DNA of 64,000 bases from assembly GCF_046119375.1 (NCBI RefSeq), contig NW_027362769.1, positions 369,210,001 to 369,274,000 on the forward strand, read 5' to 3'. The position numbers and the translations under genes are program-made. Shown here piece by piece: positions 58,976-64,000 of the stretch (positions within the stretch are counted from its first letter, which is position 1; every line of letters starts with the position of its first letter). The notes beneath the pieces were generated by a model. That model was not told where the DNA came from. It did no database searches and saw only the letters and a program-made list of their open reading frames with translations. This DNA is from Phyllobates terribilis. Taxonomy: Eukaryota.

Positions 58976-59320
58976 AGAAATATATTTAATATGGGGATTG
59001 GGGAAGCTCGCTCTCCTGCCCCCGGCCTGTATCCCATCCAGCTCCTCATGTGGCAGTGCAGGGCCGCCGGCGTGTGTTTGATGGCTGTCACAGACATGGC
59101 CCTGGTCCATCAGGGGGGCCCACTCGCCGTCGGGGCCCAGCTGATCCCCCAGCATCTGTGCAGGACCTCTGGCGCTGTTTGATGGGCTTCACTTTACCTG
59201 ACATGGCCGCGTTCAGTGCGCTGTGCGGTTGTGTCTGCTAGTAATTACGCGGCAGGGGCGACACACGAGCAAAATTAAAGGTGCAGTGCCGACCCTGCCG
59301 TGTCATTACTGCTGGTGATA

Positions 59321-60471
59321 TGTGACCAGCCCAGGGGATGGGGATGACTCGGTACCCGGGCCTTTGCCTGGCCTTGGGGATGTCGCGGTGGTCGGCTCCC
59401 GGGCCCGTACCCTGGGGTCACTCTAAAAAGGGGATTGTTTGTTAATTTTTTAAAAGTTCGTGACGCCACCTGTGGTTTCTGGTGAGAATCACCAGCGCTG
59501 CGGCAGTCCACTGAGGCTGGTGATAAGGCAGCTCGATGGTATAGCTCCCCACAGGTGGAGCTTGGCCTCAGGGCAGCGTATGGTAAGGGGGATGCAGGAC
59601 AGGCGAGACCCAGCCGGGTCAGAGCAAGAACAGGGACGGACACGGTAGTCACTTCAGTACCTTTTACTGATGGAAATTCAGGCACGTCCCGGAGCACTGT
59701 AGGGTGAAGGGTGCATATCAGGATCCTCCCCAATGAGCGGGTGTAGGGCCTCCTGTTTCTTGCCTCTGCGTAGTAAGTTTCTGACCTGCCTGGAGCTAGG
59801 CCTAACTTTGTTTCTGTCCTGCGCTGGCTGACCTTGTGGTAGGGCCTTTTCTTGGAGTACACGCTCCTCAGTTTGCGCGGCCTATGTGTCTCCCGGCTCT
59901 GTTACGTATCAGCACTTTAGCGATCCTGTGACCTGTAGTTCTCCAGGGATTCCGGTTATGCCTTACTGGGTCATAGATATCCCGGTAAGCTTCGGACCCG
60001 GTGTCCGGTAAAGGATTCGGGGTGAGCTGGGTATGCTCCTCTGTCCCCTATGTACTAACTCTCCACTGGCCTTCGGCCTACTCAGGCCCTCACTAGGCTA
60101 CTCACACTAACGGCAGCTTGCCGCGCTTCACCGATCTTATGGCGCTGGCACACCTCAAGCTCTATCTGAGCTACAACTGAGTCTGGACTGTGCTCCACTG
60201 CAGATTGACCTCTCTCACGCTTCTCCACTGCAGGAACTCTCTCAACAGACTGAACTGAGCTCAACTCTGTATTCAGACCTGCACTTGCTGAACTCTCCAG
60301 AGGAACTGAACTGCCAGGCTCCACCTTCCCTATTTATATCCCTAACGGGCTCCCTCTGCTGGTCTGAGGTGGAAGGTGGAGATGTGTGAATGTTTATGGG
60401 GGCCTCTTGTGGAGGAATCCATCAATGCACTCTTCTAGGATCTGTGATACCAAGCACAGCTGGGCGTCACA
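59321..60471 (-). mobile_element. 3' LTR of the Gypsy element (1151 bp)
   Basis: TGTGAC...GTCACA termini, directly after the PPT (AGGGGGGAA on -); TATAAATA on - at 60331-60338. Confidence 0.85.
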
Positions 60472-61045
60472 TTCCCCCCTAGCAAAGCTCAGCACTCCCG
60501 GGCTGAAGTACATTTTATAAAACAACAACAATATGAACAATCTTCCCTTTATGGGAGGCACCAAGCTTAAACGTTAAATAACAATATGAACAAGTACAAA
60601 GCGTCCTCAGAACTCAAGTCTCTTGTGGTGAGGTTCCCAGGCAAGATGTCCATCTCACAGGGTAGAGTACTTGGTGGTTTGAGGGACCTGTCCCAAACCC
60701 TCAACGTAGGCCCTGGGGTGGCTGCAGGGCATGAAGATCCCGAGTTAGACCTCCAAGAGAGCCACTCCAGACAGGTTTTCTTTCTGAGGTCACCTAAAGG
60801 GGCACTCCAGGGAGTGCAAATATTTACAAAAAACAGTTTTTGGGCTGCACATAGTCCTCAGACACGAAGTTATTAGGTAAACAACAAAGGAATTAATAAG
60901 GTAAAGTGTCCATATCACTTGAACTGTTCAATAATAAAGCAAGCACAAAATAAGATACATATGCATGAAAACACACAATAATACAGTACATTACAATTTA
61001 ATACCCCAGGGGTAACTATCTACATTTGTCAGAAGTTTGACTATT

Positions 61046-62665
61046 TTACTGCTTGTACCTGATAGGGGGTTGACTTTGCATGCTACGTGTTGATCTGCGT
61101 AGTACCGGGATTCGTGAAGTACTAGTAGGTGCACTACCTCCCAATGTGTCAGTACTAGGTGTGGAGGGGCTACATAGCTGCATTGACCTCTCTACTGGAC
61201 TAGCAAGCATACCATTGGCTGGGCCTTCTTGCTCTGTTCCAACCGGGGATCCTTCTTCCGGGGATTCTGCTTGAGCAGTCTCTTCTGCAGCACTTATAGG
61301 TTCTTCTTGCTGTGGGTAGAAGGTGATTACAGGGATGAATACTGCTCCTCCTAGTTGAGGCCAATCTGTCGGGAAATATCCTAAGTCAGTGTGGATCACT
61401 GTTTCTTTAGGCTCCTCCGGTATGGTGGGAGGCGCTTCCTCTTGGGGTCTCAGTAAGTCTGGACACAACTTTAGGTGGTCCCTGGACACTGTTGTAGACG
61501 TTCTTCCTCCATCTCGACTGATTATGCAGGTCTTCTTATTATCAAATCTTGACGGTAACACAGTGTAGGGTTCTTTTTCCCACTTGTCATCAAGTTTATG
61601 ATTTCGTCTTTTCCTTTTCAATACTATTTCACCAGGTGTGAAGGGTTCTGCAGGCGCGTTTTTGTTGTAGTGCACCTCCTGCTTTTCTCTCACCCGAGTG
61701 AGACTGTCCTCGACACAGGCTTGTACCCTCCTGTACTGCTCTTGTCTGGTCGTGTCAGCTTCAGGCTCAACAACACCAAACTCCAGATCCATGGGCAGCT
61801 TTCCTGGCCTTGCCCGCATGAGATATGCCGGAGTGCAATTGGTGGAACTTACTGGTATATGATTATACAGATCTACCAGGTCAGGTAGTAGGTCTGGCCA
61901 CTGATTTCTCTCCTCAAGTGGTATGGTCTTCAGCAGGTCGATGATGATGTTGTTCATCTTTTCGCAGAGACCGTTGGTTTGTGGATGGTACGGTGTAGTT
62001 CTTATCTTTTTACAACCGTATAGATGGCAGAACTCCTTGAACAACTCAGCCTCAAAGGCCGGGCCTTGGTCCGTCAGCACCTGCTCAGGATAACCATGGG
62101 GTCTACAGAAGTACGCTTGGAACGTCTTTGCTGTTGTCTCTGCCGTCAGGTCTTTGACGGGGGCGACCACCAGGAAACGTGAGTAGTGATCCACCATGGT
62201 CAGAGCATAAGAGTACCCTGACCTGCTGAGGGACAGTCTGACATGGTACAGGGCCAGGATCTCCAGGGGTCGAGTCATCTTGATGGGTTGCAGGGGTGCC
62301 TTCTGGCTGCTGTAGTCTTTTCTTCTAAGGCTACAAGGTCCACAGTCTCGGCACCACCGTTCAATGGAGCTGCGCATTCCCACCCAGTAGAATCAACACT
62401 TCAGCAGGGTCTCTAGCTTTTTCCAGCCAAAGTGTCCCGCCTAATCGTGGTAAGCTTCTAATACCATCTGGATGTCTGTCTTCGGGACCACTATCTGCCA
62501 AACCATCTCATGGGTTTTTGGATTAACGTACCTCCGGCACAGCTTCTCACGGTAGATAAACAGCCGGCTTCTCTTCTCTCAAGCTGCTTTGCTTGGAGAG
62601 ATGCTTCTTTCTCCAGGGAGGAACCTTCTTGGGTTATCAGCTCCTTGATGCGGCTGACAGCCGGG
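61046..62665 (-). pseudogene. Gypsy integrase (HHCC, DDE core, C-terminal GPY/F-like region), inactivated
   Basis: In-frame stops in the zinc-finger region (YHD*AGHFG, KC*FYW). Core motifs TDQG and GLCEKMN; the first catalytic Asp reads as Tyr (LALYHV). Confidence 0.93.
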
Positions 62666-63976
62666 TCACTGTCCTGGGTCTCTTTCCAGCTGTGGTGAGG
62701 CAGGGGGTTTAACGTCGTTCCTCCTGGAGGCTCGTTGCTTGTGGATCATCCCATTCCGGTGAAAGGCAGGTAGCTCAATCTCTTCCAGGTCATCCACTTC
62801 TTCTTCTGTGTCTGACTGGTGAGGCATCCTGGACAGGGCATTGGCGTTGGCGTTCTTGCGGCCCGCCCGGTATTTAATTGTGAATTGATAATTTGACAGC
62901 CGAGCCATCCATCGTTGTTCCAGTGCCCCCAGCTTAGCTGTTTCAAGATGGGTCAAGGGGTTGTTATCAGTGAAGGCAGTGAACTTACTAGAGGCTAGAT
63001 AGTGCTTAAAGCTCTCAGTGATGGCCCAGACCAAGGCCAGGAACTCTAACTTGAAGCTGCTATAGTTCTCTGGGTTCCTCTCAGTCGGGCGGAGCTTCCT
63101 GCTTGCATATGCAATCACTTTCTCTTGGCCATTCTGCCTCTGACTTAAGACAGCTCCCAGCCCCTCGTTGCTGGCATCAGTATACAGTAGGAATGGTTGG
63201 CTGTAGTCAGGGTAGGCTAGGATCTCATCGCCTGTCAGGATCTCCTTCATCTCCTGAAACGACTCGGCTTGCTCCCTTCCCCAGTGGAATGAGGGATTTC
63301 TGCCTTTGGGGGACTGCCCTACCAGGAGGTCTTGCAGAGGAGCTGCTTTCTTGGTGTAGTCTTTTACAAACCTCTGGTAGTATTCTACTAGTCCCAGGAA
63401 CTGGCGCACCTCCTTGAGGTTCTTCGGCTCCGGCCACTTCTGGATGGCTGTGATCTTCTCCGGGTCTGGTGCTACCCCTTCCGGACTGACAATGTGCCCC
63501 AGGTACTGTACCTTTCTCTTGAGCAGGTGGCACTTTGAGGGTTTCAACTTCATCTCGTACCGGGACAGTGACTCAAATACCTCTGCCAGGTGCTTCAAAT
63601 GGTCCTCGTACGTCTTGGAATACACTATCACGTCGTCCAGGTATAGTAACACAGTCTCGAAGTTGCGTTGTCCCAGGCAGCACTCCATTAATCTCTGGAA
63701 CGTTCCAGGGGCATTGCAGAGTCCAAACGACATACTATTGAACTCGCAGAGTCCCATCAGGGTAGTGAAGGCCGTCTTCTCCTGATCCTCCTCAGCCACA
63801 GCTACTTGCCAATACCCACTAGTGAGGTCAAGGGTGGAAAAGTAATTTGCAGACTTTAAGGCAGCTAGGGACTCCTCTATGCGTGGTAAAGGGTATGCAT
63901 CTTTATGTGTAATGCGATTTACTTGACGGTAATCTACACACATTCTCATGCTCCCGTCCTTTTTCCTAACTAGCAC
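62666..63976 (-). pseudogene. Gypsy pol, RT and RNase H portion
   Basis: LDLTSGYWQ, YLDD, YTDAS, YASRKL and TDNNPL; frameshift near 62.7 kb into the integrase-proximal part. Confidence 0.95.
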
Positions 63977-64000
63977 TAGCGGAGCTGCACAGGGACTACA

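Larger units (their letters stand above)
59321..64000 (-). mobile_element. Ty3/Gypsy LTR retrotransposon, decayed, 5' part outside the window
   Basis: RT, RNase H, integrase domain order; polypurine tract at about 60472-60481; 3' LTR. Confidence 0.96.

Noticed and set aside
53340-59320. Search for a divergently transcribed neighbour gene upstream of DNAJA3
   Set aside because: No recognisable coding exon was found; the region is repeats and AT-rich DNA.

Overview
Vertebrate genomic DNA, most likely a frog (inferred from the MITE, Tc1 and minisatellite repertoire; not provable from this window). Three spliced host genes were reconstructed exon by exon from the sequence. (1) A secreted DNase I-family gene on + (8 coding exons, 15835-23304, 280 aa, one GC-AG intron). 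(2) ECI1 on - (7 exons, 37317-29453, about 298 aa; the start of exon 4 is lost in an N-gap). (3) DNAJA3/Tid1 on - (53188-46025), with both the long (...KKMFSS*) and short (GKRSMGN*) C-terminal exons. The rest is transposon- and repeat-rich: a CR1 LINE with intact ORF1 esterase and ORF2 (1-3810), adjacent DD34E and DD38E Tc1 elements (40.7-43.9 kb), an L2 fragment, a decayed Ty3/Gypsy element with its 3' LTR (59.3-64 kb), several hAT, Tc1 and Harbinger MITEs, and large intronic minisatellites. There are two N-gaps and no rRNA, tRNA or CRISPR. Best leads: the DNase lacks the hallmarks I recall for characterised amphibian DNase I and resembles amniote DNase1/DNASE1L2, and ECI1 intron 1 holds a tandem array with 15 YY1-consensus sites.
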